DNA of 64,000 nt. Origin: Myxococcota bacterium. Its GTDB lineage: Bacteria > Myxococcota_A > SURF-8. The stretch lies in contig OZ223209.1 of NCBI GenBank assembly GCA_965140415.1, positions 5,536,001 through 5,600,000 on the forward strand, read 5' to 3'. Positions within the stretch are counted from its first letter, which is position 1. Each line of letters begins with the position of its first letter. Below are positions 10,800 to 20,806 of this stretch, piece by piece. The notes under the pieces are model-generated. The model saw only the letters and a list, made by a program, of their open reading frames with translations. It did no database searches and was not told the DNA's origin. Both the position numbers and the translations under genes were made by a program.

Positions 10800-12218
10800 A
10801 TGGCGCAACAAATACTGGTCGTTGATGACGAACGGAGCATGCGGGATTTCCTTTCGATTTTTCTAAAAAAGAAAGGATATGAAGTCACCTGCGCCAGCAG
10901 CGGTGAAGAAGCCCTGCAACTGATGGGCAATCAGGCTCCCGATCTGGTCATCTCCGACATTCGCATGCCGGGCATGGATGGTATGAGCCTGCTGCGCGAA
11001 GCGAAGAACAAGAAAGTCCCTTGTGAGTTCATTGTAATCACAGCCTTCAGCAATACGGCGGATGCAATCGTCGCCATGAATGAAGGGGCCTACGATTATA
11101 TCAACAAGCCCTTCAAGCTGGACGAGATCGAAATCACCATCAAGCGCGCACTGGAGAAACGCAGCATTGAAGATGAAAACATCAAGCTGAAACAGGAACT
11201 CTCCAAGCGTCATCCGCACAGCAATATCATTGGAAAAAGCGAAGCGATTACCCGTATTTTCGACTTGATCAATCAGGTGGCCGACACCAAAACCACGATT
11301 TTGATTGCCGGAGAAAGCGGAACGGGAAAAGAATTGGTAGCGCGGGCGGTACATGAAACCTCTTCGCGTCACAATGAACCCTTTGTTACGATCAACTGTG
11401 GTGCGATTCCTGCCGAACTGATGGAAAGCGAGTTATTCGGGCACGTGAAAGGCTCCTTCACCGGGGCGATTCGAGACAAAGAGGGCCTGTTTACCGCCGC
11501 CTCCAACGGCACGTTGTTTTTGGATGAAGTTTCCGAGCTTCCACTGGCGTTACAGGTAAAATTGTTACGGGCATTACAGGAGCGCAAGGTTCAACCGGTC
11601 GGTGGCATGGTGGAAATTCCCATCGATACGCGCGTAATCGCCGCCACCAACCGCGATCTGCTGGAGGCCGTCGATAAAAACAGATTTCGGGAGGATTTGT
11701 ACTATCGCCTGAATGTCATACAGATCAAACTTCCGCCCTTGCGCGAACGCAAGGATGACATCCCCCTGCTGGTGCAGCATTTCATCGAACGTTTTTGCAA
11801 GGAAAGCGGACGTGAACGACTGAGAATCAGCGAAGCGGCGATGATGATCCTGCAAAGCCATCGTTTTCCAGGCAACGTGCGCGAACTGTCCAATCTTATC
11901 GAACGAGCCGTGGCGCTGGAAACGACGGAGCAGATTCGTCCCAAAAGTCTTCCCAATGCGTTGTTGGAACTACACATCAACAAGCCGCAGGAGATTGGGA
12001 CGCATTCGCATGATACCGAAATCGACATCGGCAAAGGCGTTAACCTGGATGAGATCCTGGACAATCGCGAACGGGAGTTGATCGGCAAGGCACTGGACTA
12101 TACCAGCGGAGTAAAGAAAGACGCCGCCCGCCTGCTGGGCATCAGTTTTAGATCGTTGCGCTACCGGCTGAAAAAGCTGGGCATGGAAGACGATAGCACG
12201 GGCGAAACGGAGGAGTAA
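10800..12218 (+). CDS. pilR: Sigma-54-dependent response regulator PilR-like
   Basis: REC domain, GESGTGKE, GSFTGA, C-terminal HTH LGISFRSLRYRLKK. Confidence 0.88.
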   Translation: MAQQILVVDDERSMRDFLSIFLKKKGYEVTCASSGEEALQLMGNQAPDLVISDIRMPGMDGMSLLREAKNKKVPCEFIVITAFSNTADAIVAMNEGAYDYINKPFKLDEIEITIKRALEKRSIEDENIKLKQELSKRHPHSNIIGKSEAITRIFDLINQVADTKTTILIAGESGTGKELVARAVHETSSRHNEPFVTINCGAIPAELMESELFGHVKGSFTGAIRDKEGLFTAASNGTLFLDEVSELPLALQVKLLRALQERKVQPVGGMVEIPIDTRVIAATNRDLLEAVDKNRFREDLYYRLNVIQIKLPPLRERKDDIPLLVQHFIERFCKESGRERLRISEAAMMILQSHRFPGNVRELSNLIERAVALETTEQIRPKSLPNALLELHINKPQEIGTHSHDTEIDIGKGVNLDEILDNRERELIGKALDYTSGVKKDAARLLGISFRSLRYRLKKLGMEDDSTGETEE

Positions 12219-12222
12219 GGGA

Positions 12223-13077
12223 ATGATCATTTTGTGGGAGACAATCATCGCGGCCTTCATCTTTCTGATGGGCGCCTCGATTGGAAGTTTTTTGAATGTG
12301 GTGATTTATCGCTTACCAGCGAACGAATCGATCGTTCGTCCTCGTTCACGCTGTCCCAAATGCGGGCACCAGATCACCTGGTACGAAAACATCCCGATTT
12401 TGAGTTACATCATACTGGGCGCAAAGTGCAGAGAGTGCAAGTCGCCGATATCCATACAGTATCCAATGATTGAGCTATTGACGGCCACCTTGGCGCTGGC
12501 GATTTATTTCAAATTCGGGCTGACCTGGTCACTGCCGGTCTATTTTATTTTTGCAGCCGCTTTAATCGCCGTTACGTTCATCGACATTCCCTATCAGATC
12601 ATTCCCAACGAAATCTCCCTACCGGGAATCGCCCTGGGCTTTGGCGCCAGTTTCTTGACCCATCAAGTGACCTGGGTGGATTCGCTGGTTGGAGCGGTGG
12701 TAGGCTTTTCGCTGATCGCGCTGATTGCAGTCGGTTATTATATCCTGACCAAGCGGGAAGGCATGGGGATGGGCGACGCCAAACTACTGGCCATGATCGC
12801 CGCCTTTCTGGGCTGGCAGTCCATCCCCTTCATTCTCATGGCCGCCTCGCTGCAAGGCTTGGTGATCGCGCTGGCTGCCATCACGTTCGGCTGGATGCGC
12901 AAAGAAGCGCCCCTGCCCGACCCAGAGGATTGGGAAAATGGCGAACGACCGGAGGCGGAAGAAGTCGATCTGCGCCTGGCAGCCGTGCCATTCGGACCCT
13001 TTTTATCGCTAGCGGCATTGGAATTTCTCTTTTTCGGCCAGATCTACCTGGAGTTTCTGCAATCCATGGGGAGGTAA
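12223..13077 (+). CDS. pilD: Prepilin peptidase / N-methyltransferase
   Basis: GSFLNVVIYRLP, two CxxC motifs, FID, GMGMGDAKL, PFGPFL. Confidence 0.95.
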   Translation: MIILWETIIAAFIFLMGASIGSFLNVVIYRLPANESIVRPRSRCPKCGHQITWYENIPILSYIILGAKCRECKSPISIQYPMIELLTATLALAIYFKFGLTWSLPVYFIFAAALIAVTFIDIPYQIIPNEISLPGIALGFGASFLTHQVTWVDSLVGAVVGFSLIALIAVGYYILTKREGMGMGDAKLLAMIAAFLGWQSIPFILMAASLQGLVIALAAITFGWMRKEAPLPDPEDWENGERPEAEEVDLRLAAVPFGPFLSLAALEFLFFGQIYLEFLQSMGR

Positions 13078-13083
13078 GCGCCG

Positions 13084-14754
13084 ATGTTGCGGTTCCGCTT
13101 TCTCGTCTCCTTACGCTTTCAGATCATCATGGCCATCTTGACCCTGGTGATCACTGCCGTCATGTTGATGGGACTGCTGGTTACTTATCTTTCACGTAAT
13201 TTCATTATCGAGGAAAAGAAGAATCTCGGTGTACTTTCCGCCTCGCTGATTCAACAAGGGCTGGCTCACCCGACCCCGGCGGAAGCCCAAAGCGGACCGG
13301 AAGGGCTGCAACGTCAGGCCGAGCGAATCACAATGGAGTATTTCAACGCTTCCCAGCATCACTCCATTACATTCTTTAACAATCGCCACGAAATCATCTG
13401 GTCCACCCTGCGTTCGGGTTATTGGCCTTACGCCAAGGTTTTCGGACAAAGCCTGCAATTTCCCATCCGCCACATTCAGACCGTTATGGAAGAAGACCCG
13501 GCCAGCGGCGAAGAAGTCATGGTGATTTTCCTTTCCTGGCGCATCGACGGCAACCAGGTAGGCACCGTACAGATCGTACAACCGCTATTGCCCCCGGAAA
13601 AAAGGTTTCTGTTCAGCGGAAAGCTGGTGGTCGCTTTTGCCGCCGGATATGCAGGGGTCGTGATTCTGTTCGGCATCTTGCTGCTGACCCAAATGGTAAT
13701 TCTACCGATACAGAATCTCAATCGCGGCGTGCGCCGCTTGATGGCCGGAGAACGCAACTTCCATATACCGGAGGGAGACCCGAACGAAATCGGGCAGTTG
13801 GCGCAAAGCTTCAATGAAATGGCCAGGCAACTGTTCGAAAATGAAAATCGACAGGCGGAACAGATCAAAGAACTGCTGGAGGTCAACGAAGAACTGGAAT
13901 TGACCCGTCGCGGTCTGATCCGCACCGAAAAACTGGCCAGTATCGGTCGATTGGCAGCAGGTGTCGCACATGAAGTCGGCAATCCGCTTTCTGCCATCCG
14001 AGGGTACATCGACTTGCTTATGGATGGCGACATCGACGAAGAAAGCCAGCGTGACGTTCTACTGCGCATGCAAAAAGACGCCACCCGCATTCACCATATC
14101 ATTAGTGGCTTGCTGGATTATTCCCGCTCGCAAAAAGAGCAGGTCAAACGGCATGACCTCAACATCGTGATCGAAGAAACCATCGACCTGATCCAGCCGC
14201 AAAAGCAATTGAAGCGCATCTCCTTCGATTTCATCTCTCACAAACGACCGGCCCAGGTGCGCATCGATGCCAACCAGGTACAACAGGTGCTCGTCAACCT
14301 GTTTTTAAATGCCAGCCATGCCATGGGTGAAGAGGGTGCAATCACAATCTTTTTAGAACGTATGATTTACGACCCGACCGTGACCTTCCGCCAATTTTCA
14401 GACAATTTCCGCCCCGGTCAGGCATTGATTTCGCTCTCGCTGATCGATCAGGGAACAGGAATGAGCGAAGAATTACAGGCCCGGATTTTCGACCCATTCT
14501 TCACAACCAAGGAAATCGGTAGTGGAACCGGACTGGGTTTATCGGTCGTAGATAAAATCATCGACACCTTTGGCGGAGTGATTACCGTAACCAGCGAAGA
14601 GAACGCAGGAGCGGCATTCATAATCTTATTGCCCGAAGACCCGGAACCTCAGGAAGAGTTACAGGAAAACACCTCTACCGATGATTCCACGGAAGAAAAC
14701 GTTTCTTCTATTGATGAGGGAGAGGAAGAAGAAATCCCTGAATTTATTGGGTAG
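13084..14754 (+). CDS. HAMP-domain sensor histidine kinase
   Basis: Two TM helices, HAMP (NEIGQLAQSFNEM), AHEVGNPL, DPFFTTK, GTGLG. Confidence 0.9.
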   Translation: MLRFRFLVSLRFQIIMAILTLVITAVMLMGLLVTYLSRNFIIEEKKNLGVLSASLIQQGLAHPTPAEAQSGPEGLQRQAERITMEYFNASQHHSITFFNNRHEIIWSTLRSGYWPYAKVFGQSLQFPIRHIQTVMEEDPASGEEVMVIFLSWRIDGNQVGTVQIVQPLLPPEKRFLFSGKLVVAFAAGYAGVVILFGILLLTQMVILPIQNLNRGVRRLMAGERNFHIPEGDPNEIGQLAQSFNEMARQLFENENRQAEQIKELLEVNEELELTRRGLIRTEKLASIGRLAAGVAHEVGNPLSAIRGYIDLLMDGDIDEESQRDVLLRMQKDATRIHHIISGLLDYSRSQKEQVKRHDLNIVIEETIDLIQPQKQLKRISFDFISHKRPAQVRIDANQVQQVLVNLFLNASHAMGEEGAITIFLERMIYDPTVTFRQFSDNFRPGQALISLSLIDQGTGMSEELQARIFDPFFTTKEIGSGTGLGLSVVDKIIDTFGGVITVTSEENAGAAFIILLPEDPEPQEELQENTSTDDSTEENVSSIDEGEEEEIPEFIG

Positions 14755-14760
14755 TAGAAG

Positions 14761-15219
14761 CTACTGTTGCAGGCAGATAAACAGGTAAACTTCGCCAACG
14801 CCTTCCGCTTCGAAAGTCGTTTTAACCACCGGAACATCTCGTGGTTGCGAAATAATCAAAGGCTGGCCATATAGCACAGTCGGCAGAGACATCGTCAGTT
14901 TGATATTATTGAATTTGCTTTTAGCACCGGCGATGATGTTCAGGATTTCACCGACGGCATCGCAGGCGGCATCATCTACTTCGGTGACTTCTTCTCCGAT
15001 AAACCGGCTTATCAATTCCAAAGCCACATTATCCGGAAAGCTGATACCCAAAGAGATCTGTGCATCTCCTGAAAGGCCGATCAGGGCGTATACACCGTTC
15101 ATTTTAAACCGGTGTTCACCAGTATCCAGCCCTTTGAACGTGAGCTTGGTATCCATCATCGAATCGAAACATTCCGATGAAATTTCCACGAAGGGACGAA
15201 TAAGATCCTGAATTTTCAT
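14761..15219 (-). CDS. cheX: Chemotaxis phosphatase CheX family
   Basis: IGLSGD, DAVGEILNIIAG (ExxN), MSLPTV. Confidence 0.88.
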   Translation of the reverse strand: MKIQDLIRPFVEISSECFDSMMDTKLTFKGLDTGEHRFKMNGVYALIGLSGDAQISLGISFPDNVALELISRFIGEEVTEVDDAACDAVGEILNIIAGAKSKFNNIKLTMSLPTVLYGQPLIISQPRDVPVVKTTFEAEGVGEVYLFICLQQ

Positions 15220-15551
15220 TCTTGGTTTTCCCCGACTGCAAATGAGCCCCTAATTGGGTCCAGCGAATCGAATTGAGACTGCAATCTCTCTGTGCACGAC
15301 AAACAACCATCCAAAGGTGACTTCTTATCAAAGTAGCGAACCTTCCCACGGTTGGCAATTTCTTTTTTTTCTATTGCTGATAAATTCTCTCAAGATTCCT
15401 GTCGTCATTCGGCACCGAACATGCTAAGCTTGAGAAACTAGCTGGACACCTTGCAGTCCATCTATGCCTACAAACGGTTTAACACCTCATGCACGTGATT
15501 TGTCAACAGAGCTGAATCGAAAGCTACTTTTCAAAACCGGGTGTACCTCTG

Positions 15552-16505
15552 ATGAATCGACAACAAGTTGAAGAATCTACGTTGAATTGGAGAAACGAAG
15601 AGCAGGAAGCCTTACGCAAAGATGCGATCAGGGGTTTTCTTATCTTCTTGGCCATTTACACTCCCTTTTCCATTGCCTATTACCTTGGTCGTTTCTTGTT
15701 CGATCTGGGCGACTCCGTTAACTTCGACATTTACAATGCCGCCGTGATTTTAAGTGCGGCAACTGTCGTTTTGTTTACCGTGTCTCTTATTATCACGGTG
15801 TTGGCAGGTCGACTGAAGATGCCAGCGCGGATTAAGCTTTTTCGCTTTACTGTCTTTTTCACGGCATTGCTGTTCATTTCGATGCTGCTGATACACATGC
15901 ATTTTGCCGGTTCGCAAAGCTCTATCATGTCGTTAATGATCCTCTCAACCGGATTTGCGGTTTCCTGGTTTTTACCCTGGTTCGACAGTATGCTGTTGAT
16001 GATACTTGGCCACGCCGGAATCGTGATCCTGGTAGTACTGGAAAAGAACGGCATTTTGCCGTACTTGCCTTTGCTAAACCAGGGCGATCAACTGGGTGAA
16101 ATCTTTCTGCGACCCGAGGCAATTTTCACCAACGCCGGTATTTATATCACCAACCTCACGATCGTCGGATTGATTTTCATCCGTTCCAGAAGAGCCTTGA
16201 ACAAGGCGCGTCTGGATCAGCAGTCCACCAACCAGAATTTGAAACAGGAAATCGAATTCCGCAAACGCAGTCAGCGAGAAAAAGAAAAACTGATCGAGCA
16301 ACTGCAAAAAGCGTTGAAGGATGTCAAGGAACTGAAAGGGCTGTTGCCGGTATGCGCGAACTGCAAAAAGATTCGCGATGATCAAGGCTACTGGCAGCAG
16401 TTGGAAGCCTATCTGCAAACGAATTCAGATATCGAAGTCACCCACTCCATCTGTCCCGAATGCGCCAAACGGCTCTATCCGGAATTTGTAGATGACGAAG
16501 AGTAG
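15552..16505 (+). CDS. Multi-pass membrane protein with coiled coil and C-terminal Cys/His motif domain
   Basis: About six TM helices followed by LKGLLPVCANCKKIRDDQGYWQQLE...THSICPEC, a motif usually seen on deltaproteobacterial signalling proteins. Confidence 0.75.
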   Translation: MNRQQVEESTLNWRNEEQEALRKDAIRGFLIFLAIYTPFSIAYYLGRFLFDLGDSVNFDIYNAAVILSAATVVLFTVSLIITVLAGRLKMPARIKLFRFTVFFTALLFISMLLIHMHFAGSQSSIMSLMILSTGFAVSWFLPWFDSMLLMILGHAGIVILVVLEKNGILPYLPLLNQGDQLGEIFLRPEAIFTNAGIYITNLTIVGLIFIRSRRALNKARLDQQSTNQNLKQEIEFRKRSQREKEKLIEQLQKALKDVKELKGLLPVCANCKKIRDDQGYWQQLEAYLQTNSDIEVTHSICPECAKRLYPEFVDDEE

Positions 16506-16769
16506 CTTGACACCCCAATCAACGGTTTAGAGCAAACGTACATCAGAATCACCAACCCAACCAAACACCGATTGGCATGGAACAAAGAATGAGATGAGTG
16601 TTGCCGCCGATGCTTTAATGCTATTGTACCAATATGCCCAATAAGAATTTACAGAAAACCTGGATAATCAGTTGCAAAGTTCAAGGATTTAAGTTTATGA
16701 TCTTTGTATCGAGCAGTAAGGCCGCTTCAACCTGTGACAAATGGCCATCCAAAGCCTAAGGAAAACAGA

Positions 16770-18587
16770 ATGACCTTTGGACAATTATCCAATCAGCAGT
16801 TGATTGAGGAACTTGTTTTGTCGCAGGTTCGCGCACAGGAACTACAGGAAGAAATCCGGCAGCGCAATTTGCAGGGAAAAGGTAAAATTCACTTGGTAAA
16901 TCGCTCTGCGGATTTAGCCCGCTTTGCGGTGGATCTGGTGGAACTGCCTATCGAAACCGACATTTATGAATTCCTGGCAAAGGAGCTTTACGGGTTACAA
17001 AGTTCTATTCTGGTCGCCGTATTCGAGAATGACAGCTACACGAGAGAGGCGAACTGCAAAGCCATCAAAGTCATGGATGCCATTCGAACGAGACTGATTG
17101 CCGCAATTGGACACGATCTTATCGGCACCAAACAGTCAGAACTTCCTCAGAAACTACTGGTCGAATTGAAAAACAGTCGTGTCTTCGAACTGGAAGGCGG
17201 CTTTTCGCCTTTTCTGGATATCTGGTTTCCCGATTTTGCGAAAAAATTGCATGAGCCATTGGCAGGCATTGAAAGTGGCTTCATGATCGGCTTTGTGCGC
17301 CATGGTCAACTTTTCGGCAGTGCGCTGATCGGCTTGGGCAAAGGCCAAAGCATCGACAGCAATATTGTAGAAACCTTTGGTTCGCTGGTTTCCGTAGCCT
17401 TGCAACGCAGGCGCGCCGAAGAAAAGAACCAAAATCTCCAGGGACAATTGGAGCAAGCACAGAAAATGGAGGCCATCGGACAGCTTGCCGGAGGAATCGC
17501 ACATGATTTCAACAACTTGCTCACTGGAATCACCGGCAATATTTCTCTATTGCAGATGGATCTGGAATCCAGCGATCCCATTTACGATATCCTGACGGAA
17601 ATCAATGAAGCGGCTACAAGAGCCAGCAGTTTGACGCGCCAGCTATTGGCTTTCAGTCGCAAGCAGATTATCGAGCCGCGCGTACTTGATTTAAACGACC
17701 TGGTGCTCAATTTACAGAAAATGCTGGGACGACTCATTGGGGAAAACATTTCATTGACCACTCGCCTGAGTTCGGAGCTTTCCCAAATCCAGGCGGATCC
17801 CGGACACCTGGAACAAGTGATTGTCAACCTTGCCGTAAATTCGCGCGACGCCATGCCTTCCGGCGGCAAATTGACGATAGAAACGAAAAATGTTGAATTA
17901 AACGAAGAGTACAGTCGTTCTCATCCTCCAGCCCGACCGGGAAAATATGTGTTGATGTCCGTGCGCGATACGGGAACGGGTATGGATAAAGCCACCTGTT
18001 CGCGCATCTTCGAACCGTTTTTCACCACCAAGCCACTGGACCACGGTACCGGGCTGGGTCTGGCAATGGTGTATGGCATCGTAAAACAGCATAATGGTTG
18101 GGTCGAAGTGGATTCGGAATTGGGACAGGGCACGATATTTCGAATTTACATGCCGCAAGTGAACAATAGGAAACAGCAAACCCTGGAAACACCAACCGGA
18201 ACGCCATTGCCGACCGGCCATGAAACGGTGTTGGTAGTCGAAGATGAAGCAGTTGTGCGCAATATCGCGGTGCGTATTTTAGGAAGACAAGGATATCGCG
18301 TTTTGCAGGCTAGCGATGGAGCGGAAGCATTGGATGTGGTTGCAAACTCCTCGCGACCCATTAACTTGCTGGTAACGGATATGGTTATGCCGGGTATGAG
18401 CGGCAAACAGGTTGCGGATCAACTGCTGGAACAGTATCCGAAACTGCGGGTGCTGTATACTTCGGGCTATACTTCAGGAGAAATTGTCGATCATGGAGTA
18501 TTGGCGGAAGGTGTCAATTTTCTGGGGAAACCCTATTCTCCGGAAGACATTGCCGTTCGAGTTCGCGAAATTCTCGATTCGAAATAG
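16770..18587 (+). CDS. Hybrid histidine kinase / response regulator (CckA-like), soluble
   Basis: AHDFNNLL, EPFFTTK, GTGLG, C-terminal REC; ATG 16770 after AAGGA. Confidence 0.9.
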   Translation: MTFGQLSNQQLIEELVLSQVRAQELQEEIRQRNLQGKGKIHLVNRSADLARFAVDLVELPIETDIYEFLAKELYGLQSSILVAVFENDSYTREANCKAIKVMDAIRTRLIAAIGHDLIGTKQSELPQKLLVELKNSRVFELEGGFSPFLDIWFPDFAKKLHEPLAGIESGFMIGFVRHGQLFGSALIGLGKGQSIDSNIVETFGSLVSVALQRRRAEEKNQNLQGQLEQAQKMEAIGQLAGGIAHDFNNLLTGITGNISLLQMDLESSDPIYDILTEINEAATRASSLTRQLLAFSRKQIIEPRVLDLNDLVLNLQKMLGRLIGENISLTTRLSSELSQIQADPGHLEQVIVNLAVNSRDAMPSGGKLTIETKNVELNEEYSRSHPPARPGKYVLMSVRDTGTGMDKATCSRIFEPFFTTKPLDHGTGLGLAMVYGIVKQHNGWVEVDSELGQGTIFRIYMPQVNNRKQQTLETPTGTPLPTGHETVLVVEDEAVVRNIAVRILGRQGYRVLQASDGAEALDVVANSSRPINLLVTDMVMPGMSGKQVADQLLEQYPKLRVLYTSGYTSGEIVDHGVLAEGVNFLGKPYSPEDIAVRVREILDSK

Positions 18588-18911
18588 TCGTCTGTCTCGT
18601 TTTCCAGGACAAATCCTCTCCAAATCCAGAAATGAGCTACTAAAATGCCAAAGAGCATTCGAAATCTTGATGTCACCCTCCAGCGCAACGCATATACTCA
18701 ATATGTTAACTTGTTGAAATCATAACACTATTGCAATAGTGACTTTTGAAGCATGCAAGAAAAGCGCTACAACCGGTCTGCGCGCAATATTTGCGCAAAA
18801 ACGCAACAGGTGTTGCCGCCTGTTCATTTTTGACAGCGAGTCAAATTCACTTATCATCTTGAAATCACGACACAATATCAACCTCTGACAGTGAATGGCC
18901 ATTCAATCGCT

Positions 18912-18927
18912 TGGCATGAAGATTGCT
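18912..18927 (+). promoter_or_regulatory. Sigma-54 promoter (-24/-12)
   Basis: TGGCAT-GAAGA-TTGCT matches TGGCAC-N5-TTGCW, 50 bp upstream of ATG 18978. Confidence 0.7.
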
Positions 18928-18977
18928 TTTATATTTACTGCTGCGTTTCTTGAGGCATCTAAAAAAGGGCCGTCATC

Positions 18978-19220
18978 ATGAGTTTATATCGATTAATCTT
19001 AGAACACAGTGGAGTAGAGATGGATTTCTCGGATTCCGACCTGACTGAGTCGGACTTCTCCGTGGATGACATCAAAGAATTGTACGAGGGTCAAGCTGTC
19101 GTCATTTCAAAGCCCGTTCATGAAAACGGGCAAAATACGGTACAAACGGCAAAAGAGGAAATCGAAGAAGATTTTCCGCCAATGCCGACTCTTAAAGACC
19201 TTAAGGCCGTATCCCTCTGA
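18978..19220 (+). CDS. Small acidic hypothetical protein
   Basis: 80-aa ORF directly downstream of the sigma-54 motif. Confidence 0.55.
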   Translation: MSLYRLILEHSGVEMDFSDSDLTESDFSVDDIKELYEGQAVVISKPVHENGQNTVQTAKEEIEEDFPPMPTLKDLKAVSL

Positions 19221-19309
19221 TTTATCAGAGGAATGTAGTACAACCGCTGTCCAGCAGTACATGTATGTAGTGAATGTTGAAGAAGTACGATCCAACCAGG
19301 AGAGTGTTC

Positions 19310-19660
19310 ATGCTTACATTTCTTCACAACACCCGGAATCCACTGCTAATTTTGTGGCTTGGTTTGTGGCAAGCCTTTAAAAGCGGATTGACCTTCTTCT
19401 TGATCTTCTTTCTTGTAGGAGGTCTTTTCGGAGGTCTCATCTATACCGTAGGCGTTTGGGTAAGCGAACTTTTCCCGGAGTATGTAGACCGTCTGATTCT
19501 GGGCGAAATACTTACCGGCATCGCCACGATCGGTTTGGCAGGAACCGGCCTGGCTACGTTTTTCGGTGGAGTGAAAGCGATTCGCGAGCAGTTCCCCGAA
19601 GAAAATCAAGCGACCAACGAAGTCGCATCTGCTGAAGTGGTCCGGAATTACAGATACTGA
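19310..19660 (+). CDS. Small membrane hypothetical protein
   Basis: AGGAGA before ATG 19310; two or three hydrophobic helices; terminator follows. Confidence 0.65.
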   Translation: MLTFLHNTRNPLLILWLGLWQAFKSGLTFFLIFFLVGGLFGGLIYTVGVWVSELFPEYVDRLILGEILTGIATIGLAGTGLATFFGGVKAIREQFPEENQATNEVASAEVVRNYRY

Positions 19661-19688
19661 TCCTTCAAATTATCAGCGCGATTCACTT

Positions 19689-19721
19689 ACCGACGATCCC
19701 TGAAGGGTCGTCGGTTTTTTT
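19689..19721 (+). terminator. Rho-independent terminator
   Basis: ccgacgatcc / gggtcgtcgg stem followed by a T tract. Confidence 0.85.
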
Positions 19722-19726
19722 GTTTG

Positions 19727-19913
19727 GAGTAGACATTACGCATTCCTGTCCATCGAGCAATCGGGATGTGCCATCATGGTCTCACGGAATGGAAATTCCG
19801 GGAAGCCGTGTGTAACCATTAGAAATCACACAGCCTTCCACGATCTCCAATCGTGTAAGACTATGCCACAAATTCATGGAATCAGTGGCTAAATATGACG
19901 ACTATCTAGTCTA
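19727..19913 (+). repeat. ~190-bp structured intergenic repeat, copy 1
   Basis: Reverse complement of 21934-22117 at roughly 85% identity by manual alignment. Confidence 0.9.
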
Positions 19914-20516
19914 GGCTTGATAATAGGCAAGAAAAACGGAAACGGCAGAGTCGATCTGCTCAGTGATGAATTCCTCAGACGGACGTTCAACCCCAAACAA
20001 TCCTTCCCAGAACAAACGACTTTTCACCAGGGCCAGAAATTGAGCCGTGGCGGTTAGTGGATTGGCAACAACCAGTTTACCATCTTGAGCCGCCTGCTTG
20101 ATCCAAAGCGACAAGTTGGATTCCCGCTCTTTCATGGAATCCACCATTTGGCGGGCCATTTCGGGCATTCGAATGAATTCGGAAAAGACGGTGCGGATCA
20201 ACCCCGAGAATTCCGGCGAAAAATGGATCTCGACATCCAGCCGAGCCAACTCCGTCAACTGAATGCGGATAGGAATATCCGGTGAGTAGACGTAGCGGGT
20301 CGCCTGCATGGACTGCTCCCAAAGCTGCTCGACAATGGCGGTAAAGAGCTCTTCTTTACTGGAAAAGTGGTTGTAAACCGTACGCTTGGAGACTTTTGCG
20401 CGGTGGGCGATTCGATCCATGCTGGTGCATTTGTAACCGGAAACCTTGAATTCATGAGTGGCGGCATTTATGATGTCCACATGTTTTCTCTCTGTCAATT
20501 TCATGGGTTTACTCAT
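19911..20516 (-). CDS. TetR/AcrR family transcriptional regulator
   Basis: GYKCTSMDRIAHRAKVSKRTVYNHFSSKEEL HTH. Confidence 0.93.
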   Translation of the reverse strand: MSKPMKLTERKHVDIINAATHEFKVSGYKCTSMDRIAHRAKVSKRTVYNHFSSKEELFTAIVEQLWEQSMQATRYVYSPDIPIRIQLTELARLDVEIHFSPEFSGLIRTVFSEFIRMPEMARQMVDSMKERESNLSLWIKQAAQDGKLVVANPLTATAQFLALVKSRLFWEGLFGVERPSEEFITEQIDSAVSVFLAYYQA

Positions 20517-20571
20517 CCTGCCATCCTCCAGAGAACCGCCTGCATGTTCTTCTTTTTAAATAGCGCACCAC

Positions 20572-20587
20572 TACACCGGTTAGTTTA
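20572..20587. promoter_or_regulatory. Possible TetR autoregulatory operator
   Basis: Imperfect palindrome TACAC-N6-GTTTA about 55 bp upstream of the tetR start. Confidence 0.35.
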
Positions 20588-20806
20588 CCAGAAACGTACC
20601 TAACTCAACAATCTATTTTTTCATTCTAAGGGAAAAAGTTCAAGAAAAGTCACCAGATGGCACTTGCCGAACCCGGCAGCACAGACAATCGAATCAGGAG
20701 CGCAAATTATGCGCACCAGATGAAAGATTATTAATGCTTCTTCCGATGCCTGGCACACAGGAAATCCGGATCACTCGTAGATCGGTCGTTTACTCGAACG
20801 TATTAC

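Noticed and set aside
16572-16590. TGGCAT as a second sigma-54 promoter
   Set aside because: Lacks TTGC at the -12 position.
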